Shown here: piece after piece, positions 35,996-43,813 of the stretch
How the letters are laid out: each line of letters starts with the position of its first letter
How positions within the stretch are numbered: the first letter of the stretch is position 1
Origin: a virus
Length of the DNA stretch: 64,000 bases
Virus record (IMG/VR): IMGVR_UViG_3300043449_000492
Span: 105,070 to 169,069 of that record
Strand: one strand, 5' to 3'
Notes under the pieces: generated by a model
Seen by the model: only the letters and a program-made list of their open reading frames with translations
Database searches by the model: none
Told to the model about the DNA's origin: nothing
Made by a program: the position numbers and the translations under genes

Positions 35996-36070
35996 GGCTC
36001 CATCGTCTAACGGTTAGGACAGCGGCCTTTCAAGCCGTCAATACGAGTTCGAATCTCGTTGGAGTCACCA
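35996..36070 (+). tRNA. tRNA-Glu(TTC)
   Basis: cloverleaf, CCA. Confidence 0.92.
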
Positions 36071-36139
36071 TTAAATAAGAGTTGCCACGCTTCCTCTATG
36101 CTTAACGAGATAGATAGCGCACCCGGCAACTTACTTTTC

Positions 36140-36215
36140 GCTTCTCTAGTGTAGGTGATCCGCACGACTGTTTGAAGCACAGTAGGACTGAGTTTGATTC
36201 TTAGGGGAAGCACCA
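36140..36215 (+). tRNA. tRNA-Phe(GAA), divergent
   Basis: GCTTCTC/GGGAAGC-ACCA; ACTGT-TTGAAGC-ACAGT. Confidence 0.8.
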
Positions 36216-36375
36216 TGAAACATGTAGGCGGTATTATAGGAGCAACAAAACAAGTTGACTTCTATTGTGAAGTGCCATTGAGAATAAAAAACAACAATCC
36301 TATTAACTGGAATCCAGGCATTTATCTCGATAAAAGAACATGCTATCCAGTTTTGATTATTGTTCAAGAAAGATT

Positions 36376-36453
36376 GCCCTCGTAGCCCAATCTGGTAGAG
36401 GCACATGACTCAAAATTATGTAGTTGTCGGTTCGACTCCGACCGAGGGTACCA
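36376..36453 (+). tRNA. tRNA-Leu(CAA), short variable loop
   Basis: CATGA-CTCAAAA-TTATG; 78 nt. Confidence 0.88.
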
Positions 36454-36456
36454 ATT

Positions 36457-36533
36457 GCTTCTGTAGCTCAACTGAATAGAGCATCGGTCTTCGAAACCGA
36501 GGGTTGTGGGTTTGAATCCTACCAGGAGCTCCA
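36457..36533 (+). tRNA. tRNA-Arg(TCG)
   Basis: cloverleaf, CCA. Confidence 0.9.
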
Positions 36534-36538
36534 TTTTT

Positions 36539-36612
36539 GCTGGCGTGGTGTAAAGGAAGCACTACTGTTTGTGGAACAGTTAGACTAGGATCGATACCTG
36601 GCGCCAGTACCA
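36539..36612 (+). tRNA. tRNA-His(GTG), alphaproteobacterial type
   Basis: ACTGT-TTGTGGA-ACAGT; no G-1; G1-U72, A73. Confidence 0.88.
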
Positions 36613-36620
36613 GGAATATA

Positions 36621-36649
36621 TTGACTTTCTTCTATTCCTATTGTATAAT
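36621..36649 (+). promoter_or_regulatory. sigma70-type promoter
   Basis: TTGACT-N17-TATAAT. Confidence 0.75.
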
Positions 36650-36678
36650 GAAACATAATGTGAAAAAGAGAGGAATAG

Positions 36679-37149
36679 ATGAAGAAGGTATGGGTATTTG
36701 ATATTGACGGAACGCTTGCGGATAATGAGCATCGGCAGCATCACTTAGATGGTAAAAAGAACTGGGACGCTTTCTTTGCGGAACAGCATAAGGATGAGCC
36801 ATACCAGGCAGTTCTAGATGTTCTTCATGCTCTCGCTTTTGATCGCTGCAAGGTGCTTGGTGATAGAGTTATCATTGTTACTGCCCGTGACGAGCGGTTC
36901 CGTGATGATACACTTGATTGGCTGCATAAGCATATCGAGTTTGATATATCCGATAGTGTCTATATGCGTCCTCTGGGTCATCGTGGTAATGACGATGTTC
37001 TAAAGGTCGATATCATCAAGCAGTGGCTTGTTGATCATCCTGGTTATAAAGTTGGCGCCATCTTTGATGATCGTCACCGTATCATTGATGCGTTTCGTAA
37101 CGAAGGTTGGTATACCTTCGAGTGCAACCAGGCTCGTAAAGAGTTTTAA
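36679..37149 (+). CDS. PseT-like HAD polynucleotide 3'-phosphatase (stand-alone)
   Basis: FDIDGTLA...R, VTAR, YMR..G.R..D..K, FDDR. Confidence 0.85.
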   Translation: MKKVWVFDIDGTLADNEHRQHHLDGKKNWDAFFAEQHKDEPYQAVLDVLHALAFDRCKVLGDRVIIVTARDERFRDDTLDWLHKHIEFDISDSVYMRPLGHRGNDDVLKVDIIKQWLVDHPGYKVGAIFDDRHRIIDAFRNEGWYTFECNQARKEF

Positions 37150-37225
37150 TGTCCTGTAGCTCAATCGGTAGAGCGCAGTCCTGATAAGACTGAGGTAGTT
37201 GGATCGAAGCCAACCAGGACAACCA
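37150..37225 (+). tRNA. tRNA-Ile(GAT)
   Basis: cloverleaf, CCA. Confidence 0.92.
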
Positions 37226-37229
37226 ACAT

Positions 37230-37321
37230 GCGTGGGCGACAACGACGGTGGTGTTGTGACGGACTGTAAATCCGTTCCCTTTGCGGTAACATTGTAGGTT
37301 CGACTCCTACCCCACGCACCA
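37230..37321 (+). tRNA. tRNA-Tyr(GTA)
   Basis: ACGGA-CTGTAAA-TCCGT, V-arm, CCA. Confidence 0.88.
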
Positions 37322-37337
37322 AACTTGGAGAAGTAAA

Positions 37338-37640
37338 ATGAAAAAGTTAATCGCTGCTATTATTGCTCTTGCTTTACTCGCTACGCCAGCTCAGGCATGG
37401 TATCGTGGTGGATATGGAGGTTACGGCTGGCGTGGTCCTGTCTATAATAACTACAATTATTATGGTGGTTGGGGTGGAGGCTGGAACAACGGCTGGGGTG
37501 GTTACGGTGCTGCTGCTGGAATCGGTCTCGGCTTAGGATTGCTTGGTGGAGCTATTGCTTCTCAACAGCGTTATTATGGTGCTGCTAATTGTCCTGTGTA
37601 TGATTCATGGGGTTACATTGTAGCCTATACTTACTGCTAA
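37338..37640 (+). CDS. secreted Gly/Tyr/Trp-rich protein
   Basis: signal peptide; GLGLGLLGGAIA. Confidence 0.75.
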   Translation: MKKLIAAIIALALLATPAQAWYRGGYGGYGWRGPVYNNYNYYGGWGGGWNNGWGGYGAAAGIGLGLGLLGGAIASQQRYYGAANCPVYDSWGYIVAYTYC

Positions 37641-37648
37641 AGGTTTAT

Positions 37649-37723
37649 TCCCCTGTCGTCTAATTGGTAGGACGCTAGATTCTGGTTCTTGCTATCTAGG
37701 TTCGAGTCCTAGCGGGGGATCCA
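37649..37723 (+). tRNA. tRNA-Gln(CTG)
   Basis: cloverleaf, CCA. Confidence 0.88.
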
Positions 37724-37740
37724 CTTACAAAGGATATATT

Positions 37741-38220
37741 ATGAACAAGTTCTTGACAACCACAGCGGTGTTTATCACCCTTACAACTTCGGCAGTCGCC
37801 GACCCCGTTACCGATTTTTTCGGTGGTATCTTTGGCGTTCACTCACCGCCACAATCGACACAAGGAAGAAATAGACATGCGAGAGCAGTTCAAGGTCAGT
37901 CTGATTCTGATTGGTCTTCTTACTGGAGCAATCATGCTAGTGGAAGCAATCGTGTCGTTGCTTCGTTCTACGGGCATGGTGAGCGTCTAAGTCGTCATAC
38001 AGCATCTGGTGCAGTATTCAATCCACATGCTATGACTGCCGCTCATAGAACATATCCCTTTGGTACCCACTTGAGAGTTTGTCATCATGGTTGTGTCACT
38101 GTTACCGTCAATGATCGTGGACCTTTTGTCCGTGGTCGCTCACTTGATCTTTCTTATGGTGCCGCTAGGACTATCGGCATGGGCTCTACTTCGACTGTCA
38201 CAGTCCAGAGACTAAACTAG
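37741..38220 (+). CDS. rlpA: RlpA-family lytic transglycosylase (DPBB), secreted
   Basis: ASFYG, TASG, TAAHRT.PFGT, VNDRGPF, DLS. Confidence 0.92.
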   Translation: MNKFLTTTAVFITLTTSAVADPVTDFFGGIFGVHSPPQSTQGRNRHARAVQGQSDSDWSSYWSNHASGSNRVVASFYGHGERLSRHTASGAVFNPHAMTAAHRTYPFGTHLRVCHHGCVTVTVNDRGPFVRGRSLDLSYGAARTIGMGSTSTVTVQRLN

Positions 38221-38230
38221 GAGATAGAAA

Positions 38231-38482
38231 ATGCCTACCATCTATACCGAAGTTGCTGTTGATGTTGAACTTGATGATTTTAACACTGACGAACTAATCG
38301 ATGAGTTGGAAGAGCGTGGCTATTCCATTCAAGCTAAAGATGAGGTTACTGCTCTAGAGGATCAGATTCGGAATCTCAAGGAAGACTTTGTCCTCTGGAA
38401 GGATCTAGGCATGAAGAATGAAATGTTTGAAAAGATTATGCAAAATTTTTTCAAGGAAACCATTGACGAGCATGTGATTTGA
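38231..38482 (+). CDS. hypothetical acidic protein
   Basis: GGAG SD; DELIDELEERG. Confidence 0.7.
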   Translation: MPTIYTEVAVDVELDDFNTDELIDELEERGYSIQAKDEVTALEDQIRNLKEDFVLWKDLGMKNEMFEKIMQNFFKETIDEHVI

Positions 38483-38491
38483 CTATATACT
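38463..38491 (+). promoter_or_regulatory. sigma70-type promoter
   Basis: TTGACG-N17-TATACT. Confidence 0.7.
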
Positions 38492-38545
38492 ATTGTGCAA
38501 TGCAATATTGCATGACAACTTCGCTAACTTTAGGAAGGATAATAT

Positions 38546-38734
38546 ATGAGAACTTTAATCGTAACACTTGCTGCCATGCTCATTGGTGGTAGCGCAATTG
38601 CAGGAGACGTAATCGCTCCTCCAATTACAAAGTATGTTGATGTGCCTACGCCTCCAAAGCGTCCAACTAATTTCGGCAAAGTCGATTATCAGAAGGTCGC
38701 TCAGAAGGTGCAGGAAGTCACTACAAAGAAGTGA
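38546..38734 (+). CDS. small secreted protein
   Basis: signal peptide; VPTPPKRP. Confidence 0.7.
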   Translation: MRTLIVTLAAMLIGGSAIAGDVIAPPITKYVDVPTPPKRPTNFGKVDYQKVAQKVQEVTTKK

Positions 38735-38750
38735 TAAATAATCACGCAAA

Positions 38751-38772
38751 GGAGATCCCTAACGGGGTCTCC
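38751..38772 (+). terminator. hairpin, possible terminator
   Basis: GGAGATCCC-TAAC-GGGGTCTCC, no U-tract. Confidence 0.4.
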
Positions 38773-38797
38773 AACATACTATTTTGGCGAGGGTAAA

Positions 38798-39094
38798 ATG
38801 TGCTACTATACATTAACACTTGACCATAATGACACTGAAGGTCATATTCGTGCCATTATGATACTGGATGAAAAAGATGAGATTGCAGCCAAAGCACGGT
38901 TCGTTGATACGTTTGGTTCTCAATATCTAGTCTTTGTAAATGCTATTAAGGGCATTCATATCCCTCAAGGATTCGATAGACTCTTGACAGATCATTCAAG
39001 AAAGTATATAATCAAAGCTAAGAGTGCAGCTAACGATGCTCCTCTTGTCTCATATCAGAACATGATTCGGCTTAACCACAAAGGTGAACTATGA
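38798..39094 (+). CDS. hypothetical protein
   Basis: GAGG SD. Confidence 0.65.
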   Translation: MCYYTLTLDHNDTEGHIRAIMILDEKDEIAAKARFVDTFGSQYLVFVNAIKGIHIPQGFDRLLTDHSRKYIIKAKSAANDAPLVSYQNMIRLNHKGEL

Positions 39095-39408
39095 AATATT
39101 TTATGATTGCCTGCCTACTATTCACTACCTCTGCATTTGCCGAAACAACAAAAGAAGAAAAGACACCATGTGGTGATCCTTCTTCAATGGAAGAAGTCCT
39201 TCATGAGAAGGGTTACTTTCATCTTCTAGATATGAAGAATGAGAATGGTGTGACGACTCAGCTATGGACTGGTGGTCGCTCTATGGTTATTACCGCTGAA
39301 AAGGATAAGAAGATTTGTTTTGTCTCATCCGCTGACGAGGTAACATATAATCCAGTTACGCTTCAGAAGATCATTGAAGTTTTTAAGAAGACGCAGAAGG
39401 AACTATAA
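39091..39408 (+). CDS. hypothetical secreted protein
   Basis: signal peptide, Cys pair. Confidence 0.7.
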   Translation: MKYFMIACLLFTTSAFAETTKEEKTPCGDPSSMEEVLHEKGYFHLLDMKNENGVTTQLWTGGRSMVITAEKDKKICFVSSADEVTYNPVTLQKIIEVFKKTQKEL

Positions 39409-39410
39409 TC

Positions 39411-39758
39411 ATGGCTTGGGGTTATCATCTAATTATCGACGCTTATGCTGCTCCGATTGAGCTAATTTCAAGCGGACCAAACATCGAGCAGTTTGCCAAG
39501 ACGCTCGTTAATCGTATTGACATGAAGGCATATGGTGAACCTGCTGTTATTCACTTTGGTGAAGACGACAAGCTTGGTTATACGCTTGTGCAGCTAATTG
39601 AGACAAGCAATATCTGCGGTCACTTCTCAGAAGAGACAGGCAATTTTTATCTCGATGTGTTCTCTTGCAAGCCCTATGACCAGCAGGAAGTTATCAATAC
39701 GGTCAACCAGTTCTTTAAGCCAGAACGAGTGGAGACAAAGTTTATCGAAAGAGGATGA
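39411..39758 (+). CDS. speD: S-adenosylmethionine decarboxylase proenzyme
   Basis: GYHLIID, LIETSNI..H, YLDVFSCK. Confidence 0.8.
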   Translation: MAWGYHLIIDAYAAPIELISSGPNIEQFAKTLVNRIDMKAYGEPAVIHFGEDDKLGYTLVQLIETSNICGHFSEETGNFYLDVFSCKPYDQQEVINTVNQFFKPERVETKFIERG

Positions 39759-39759
39759 T

Positions 39760-40224
39760 ATGCGTAAGAGACTTGATCTGAATGAAGTTCGTTCATTCAT
39801 AGAAAATACCAGCAACAGCACCAAGATTTACATTGGTGCAGACTCTGAACGTCATAGACGTGGTGGAGTTTGGTTCTCTGATACAGCAGTTGTCATCGTC
39901 GTTCACTATGAAGGTAAGCACGGTGCCAAGGTCTTTGGAGATATCACTACAGAACGTGACTGGGATCAGAACAAGGCTCGTCCTCGTATGCGTCTAATGA
40001 ATGAAGTTTACAAGGCTGCAGAAATGTATCTTGAACTTGCAGAAGCTATTGGTGATCGTGAATGTGAGGTTCATATCGATATCAACCCAAACGAAAAGCA
40101 TGGATCATCTTGTGTGATTCAGGAAGCTGTAGGTTACATTCGTGGTATGACTGGTGTTACACCAAGAGTGAAGCCAGAAGCTTGGGCAGCATCTATTGCG
40201 GCTGATAAGTTTCCAAGCCTATAG
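39760..40224 (+). CDS. RNase H-like YkuK-family protein
   Basis: IYIGADS, RLMNEV, EVHIDIN, KPEAWAAS..AD. Confidence 0.8.
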   Translation: MRKRLDLNEVRSFIENTSNSTKIYIGADSERHRRGGVWFSDTAVVIVVHYEGKHGAKVFGDITTERDWDQNKARPRMRLMNEVYKAAEMYLELAEAIGDRECEVHIDINPNEKHGSSCVIQEAVGYIRGMTGVTPRVKPEAWAASIAADKFPSL

Positions 40225-40241
40225 TATCTGCTAAATAGAAT

Positions 40242-40394
40242 TACCACACGCCGACCATAGTGTGTGGTATCATAGTGCCGACCACGGAGGTAATGGCGGC
40301 ACTATACCAACCCCATCGTCTCGTCAGGCATTTCGCCTAAAACAATCCCACTTTCCGCTATCTTTCGTTTGCTGTGGGTCTGTGCGGGACGATG
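40242..40394 (+). ncRNA. putative multi-hairpin ncRNA or leader
   Basis: three GC-rich stems after CTAAATA (40231). Confidence 0.5.
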
Positions 40395-40419
40395 TTATCT
40401 AAAAACAGAAAGGTAAGTT

Positions 40420-40956
40420 ATGAAGAAGATTTTTCTAGTCGTTGCAATATTGTTTGCGACAGCGACAAATGCAATGGCGAAGCCAAATCAGTATTCACCA
40501 GAACCACCCAGTCTTCTGGACCAAATTCTGGGCAATGAAAGTTCTGAGTGGCACACTGTGCCGCAGATGAATATTCGCTATCGTATTCGTCATGGTGGTC
40601 ATTTTGTCCATGTTCATGGGCATCATCCACAGTATGCGATTCATACCACACATCTACCCTATCATGCAATGGGTCATATGTCGTCATCAATTGTTGCTTA
40701 CGGTCATATGCTTCAACATGCAGGATTTAGGGTATCCGAGCATCCAGCGTTCGGAGGGGTCCATCATGTTCATCACGGATGGGCACATTACGCTGGCCGA
40801 GCCATTGACATTAACATTGGCAACGGTAATAGAGAAGCATTCGTTCCTAGCATGAGAGCTAGATTCGATGCATTGGCCGCTCGGGCCAGAGCAGCAGGTT
40901 ATACCGTGCTTTGGAAAGTAGCTGGTCATTTTGATCATATACATTTACAACGATAA
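40420..40956 (+). CDS. secreted His-rich protein with M15/Hedgehog-like Zn peptidase domain
   Basis: signal peptide; HYAGRAID...HIH. Confidence 0.65.
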   Translation: MKKIFLVVAILFATATNAMAKPNQYSPEPPSLLDQILGNESSEWHTVPQMNIRYRIRHGGHFVHVHGHHPQYAIHTTHLPYHAMGHMSSSIVAYGHMLQHAGFRVSEHPAFGGVHHVHHGWAHYAGRAIDINIGNGNREAFVPSMRARFDALAARARAAGYTVLWKVAGHFDHIHLQR

Positions 40957-40959
40957 GGG

Positions 40960-40982
40960 AAGGGGGCTACGGCCCCCTTTTT
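40960..40982 (+). terminator. intrinsic terminator
   Basis: AAGGGGGC-TACG-GCCCCCTT followed by T run. Confidence 0.85.
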
Positions 40983-40985
40983 CAT

Positions 40986-41180
40986 ATGCTTATACTTAAG
41001 ACAATCTGGACCGAACGTAAACGTATCTCAAAAGAGAGATTAAAGATTTGTGAAACCTGTGATCAATACGACGATGGTTTATGTAAAGAGTGCGGTTGTG
41101 TTCTAGAAATTAAAACTATGTTTCCGTATTCGGAGTGTCCACTAAATAAGTGGGAATCCTACAAGGACGGAGAAACGTAA
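40986..41180 (+). CDS. small Cys-rich protein
   Basis: CxxC...CxxCGC...K...CP..KW. Confidence 0.7.
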   Translation: MLILKTIWTERKRISKERLKICETCDQYDDGLCKECGCVLEIKTMFPYSECPLNKWESYKDGET

Positions 41181-41620
41181 TGGATGAAGTAGTAGAAAAG
41201 GCAAAAGTTCTTCTTGGTAACATGTTTGTGCTTTATATGAAGTCACATGCATATCACTGGAACTATATCGGAGACAACTTTCCACAGTATCACGCATTCT
41301 TCGGTGACTTCTATGGTAGTGTTCACGACGAGATTGATGCCGTCGCAGAACACATTAGACAAATGGATTCGTTTGCTCCAGCGTCTCTTGCACGGATGAT
41401 TGAACTATCCGAGATTAAAGAAGATCCGCAGATTACAAAGCCTGAAAAGATGTTCTCCAATCTTTTTGATGCCAATGAGCAGGTGCTAGCCTGTCTTCAG
41501 GAATGCTACGAACTAGCAGGAAGAGAAAAGGCATATGGTTGGCAGAACTATGTTCAGGACTTGATCACCGCTCATAAAAAGCAGCGTTGGATGCTCAAGG
41601 CAACAATGGGTCAAAAATAA
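41180..41620 (+). CDS. dps: Dps/ferritin-like protein
   Basis: HWN..G.NF...H.FF...Y, D.VAEHIR, H.K..WML. Confidence 0.92.
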   Translation: MDEVVEKAKVLLGNMFVLYMKSHAYHWNYIGDNFPQYHAFFGDFYGSVHDEIDAVAEHIRQMDSFAPASLARMIELSEIKEDPQITKPEKMFSNLFDANEQVLACLQECYELAGREKAYGWQNYVQDLITAHKKQRWMLKATMGQK

Positions 41621-41657
41621 GACTTGATTTCCTGAGCTAGTTAGTATATAATGTATC

Positions 41658-42068
41658 ATGAAGTCAATCAATCAAGGCATTCTTAATACGCTATTTAAGG
41701 TAGCGGCCGCTAATCCGACGCAATCGGAAAAGATGGCCGCTGCTATCGTTTATAGGAATCGAATCATTTCTATAGGGCTGAATAGCATGAAGTCCCATCC
41801 CCTTCAAGCCAAGTATGCAAAGAACGATCATGCAATCTACCTTCATAGTGAGATTGCAGCGATCAAGAATGCTTTGCGAGAAGTGGAGATTGATGATCTG
41901 GCTAAGTGTGACATTTACATTGCAAGGGTTAAGAAAGAAAAGCCGTTCACTAAAAAATATGTGTATGGCTTGGCTAAGCCGTGTGCTGGTTGTGAGAGAG
42001 CAATCGCTGAGTTCGGATTGAAAAGAGTCGTCTATACCTGTGACGACGGAACGCATGAGGTAGCATGA
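41658..42068 (+). CDS. cytidine/dCMP deaminase-like Zn protein
   Basis: HSE...PCAGC; promoter TTGATT-N17-TATAAT ends 5 nt before the ATG. Confidence 0.8.
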   Translation: MKSINQGILNTLFKVAAANPTQSEKMAAAIVYRNRIISIGLNSMKSHPLQAKYAKNDHAIYLHSEIAAIKNALREVEIDDLAKCDIYIARVKKEKPFTKKYVYGLAKPCAGCERAIAEFGLKRVVYTCDDGTHEVA

Positions 42069-42242
42069 AACACTGGCACGATAATTATCCAAATAGATTT
42101 GGTGTGATATTTTTACTACTATATGGTTTGCTTGACGTTGCTGATGCTCGATGGTTCATTCCAAGACTAGCAAAAGAAACAACGAACTGTGAACTTAAAG
42201 GTACATGTAACTGGATTCAGATAGTGAAGCATGAGGATTGAT

Positions 42243-42779
42243 ATGGCAACGACATACGGAACGGGAACTACTTCGACAGGTAACTTTCGTTTTAACCCTA
42301 TGACAAATGAATATGAAGTCTATGATGGAAAAACTTGGACTTCTGTGAATCAGCAAAGAGGCATATCTATTCAAAATCATACTATGCCAATTGGTGTAGT
42401 TGGTCCGGCTGACTCTGCAATTAAGCATTCTCATGATAATAAGTTTGAGGTTCACTCTACTCATGGTAGATTTATTATCGATCTAGAAACTGGTGATCTG
42501 ACGATGCCTGCTGGTGTTGCAAAGCATGATGGTCTACGTCAATTCTGGCTAGCTTTTCAGGAGAATTTCAAAGGAACTTATAATAAAGAATATGAGCAGC
42601 AGATTATCAAGCTAAAGAATGAAGTGAACTATTTCAAGGACAAGATTTCTTCTATTAATAAGAACGCAGAGAATGATATCAAAAACAAGCTAATCGACAA
42701 GGTTCGTAATAAGTATGGATCAGAGAAGTTTATCATGACCAAGCCAGACGAACTAATCAAGCTACTGGAGAGCGAATGA
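42243..42779 (+). CDS. hypothetical protein
   Basis: GAGGA SD. Confidence 0.7.
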   Translation: MATTYGTGTTSTGNFRFNPMTNEYEVYDGKTWTSVNQQRGISIQNHTMPIGVVGPADSAIKHSHDNKFEVHSTHGRFIIDLETGDLTMPAGVAKHDGLRQFWLAFQENFKGTYNKEYEQQIIKLKNEVNYFKDKISSINKNAENDIKNKLIDKVRNKYGSEKFIMTKPDELIKLLESE

Positions 42780-43021
42780 GAAACGATTATAAAGAACTAA
42801 TCGATCAAATGAATGAACTGGCTGACTGGGTTGAGAAACACAACTCAGTCAATTCTTTTTCTGCACCACGCTGGGCAGCGATTACGATTGCTCGCTTGGA
42901 GGAAGAAAATCATCAGATGAGATTGCGTCTAAACAAAAAAGACGTTACTATTGTCGAGCGATTCAATCGAGTCATTGGTATGATTAAGCTTTGGTGGTAT
43001 CTAAGATCAACTCGTAAGTGA
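42776..43021 (+). CDS. hypothetical protein
   Basis: ATGA overlap. Confidence 0.6.
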   Translation: MRNDYKELIDQMNELADWVEKHNSVNSFSAPRWAAITIARLEEENHQMRLRLNKKDVTIVERFNRVIGMIKLWWYLRSTRK

Positions 43022-43744
43022 AAACGGATTCTTCTTTGACGATCCTGGCTTAACGGAGAACTGACTTGCAGGCATGTTCTTAATTTTAATCTCTGCCTGA
43101 ACCTCATAATACTCGGAACGGGTAGCCACTCGAACCTTAAAGTCGCCTCGCCCAGATAGAACTGGAATCTTTGTAGAAAGCTTAAGAGGATTTTTCTTTG
43201 ATATCATATAGAAATCATCGCCCGCTTGCATGTAGTAAGCGGGTTCTTTCTTACCAATGGTATAATGATCCGTAACTAGTTTACCAAGATTATAGTCATT
43301 CTCATTTGCGATATAACGATTGACACCATCCTGATCAAAATACTTTTTCATAACATCTAAAGGCACTGCATTAGGATCTGATAGCATGCCCTTGTTTGTT
43401 GGAATTATAATTTTAGCAACCGGAATGCCTGAAAACTTGGCAATCTTTTTGATAAAATCTTTTGCATCTGTGGATGCATTTAGAATATCAACAGCAGCAT
43501 GAGCGGCAGGAGTCTTATATGTCGTTTGCCATTTTCCCTTAGCATAGAACACACGAGGATTGGAAAGATTATCCGTATGATTCATCTTCACCTCGACCCA
43601 CGTTCTAGCAGGCTTATTATTAAACTTTTCAATTAGAACATCTGATAACGCAGTATCGGCCGAGGGCCTTGTTGCTTTCATCCCCTTGACAGAATTAATC
43701 GCCTTAGCTATGTTAGCTTCATAAAGATCGGATGCAACACTCAT
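43007..43744 (-). CDS. putative PD-(D/E)XK nuclease
   Basis: YE..IA...SDVLI...WVEVK; AGGAG SD on minus strand. Confidence 0.55.
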   Translation of the reverse strand: MSVASDLYEANIAKAINSVKGMKATRPSADTALSDVLIEKFNNKPARTWVEVKMNHTDNLSNPRVFYAKGKWQTTYKTPAAHAAVDILNASTDAKDFIKKIAKFSGIPVAKIIIPTNKGMLSDPNAVPLDVMKKYFDQDGVNRYIANENDYNLGKLVTDHYTIGKKEPAYYMQAGDDFYMISKKNPLKLSTKIPVLSGRGDFKVRVATRSEYYEVQAEIKIKNMPASQFSVKPGSSKKNPFSLTS

Positions 43745-43813
43745 TTAAAAACTCCTCTTACGATATATGTAGTTATTTATTAAGCTAAATATATTATAAT
43801 CGAGAGGAAATCG

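Noticed and set aside
36215-36385. Small ORF MKHVGG... between tRNA-Phe and tRNA-Leu
   Set aside because: ATG overlaps the CCA of tRNA-Phe and the stop lies inside tRNA-Leu, with no motif; not supportable.
32378-37242. Track ORFs overlapping tRNAs (e.g. 33108..33299, 33230..33490, 34332..34529, 34920..35192, 36007..36216, 37000..37242, 5' part of 32378..32758)
   Set aside because: Shadow ORFs on tRNA or structured RNA sequence without SD or protein motifs.
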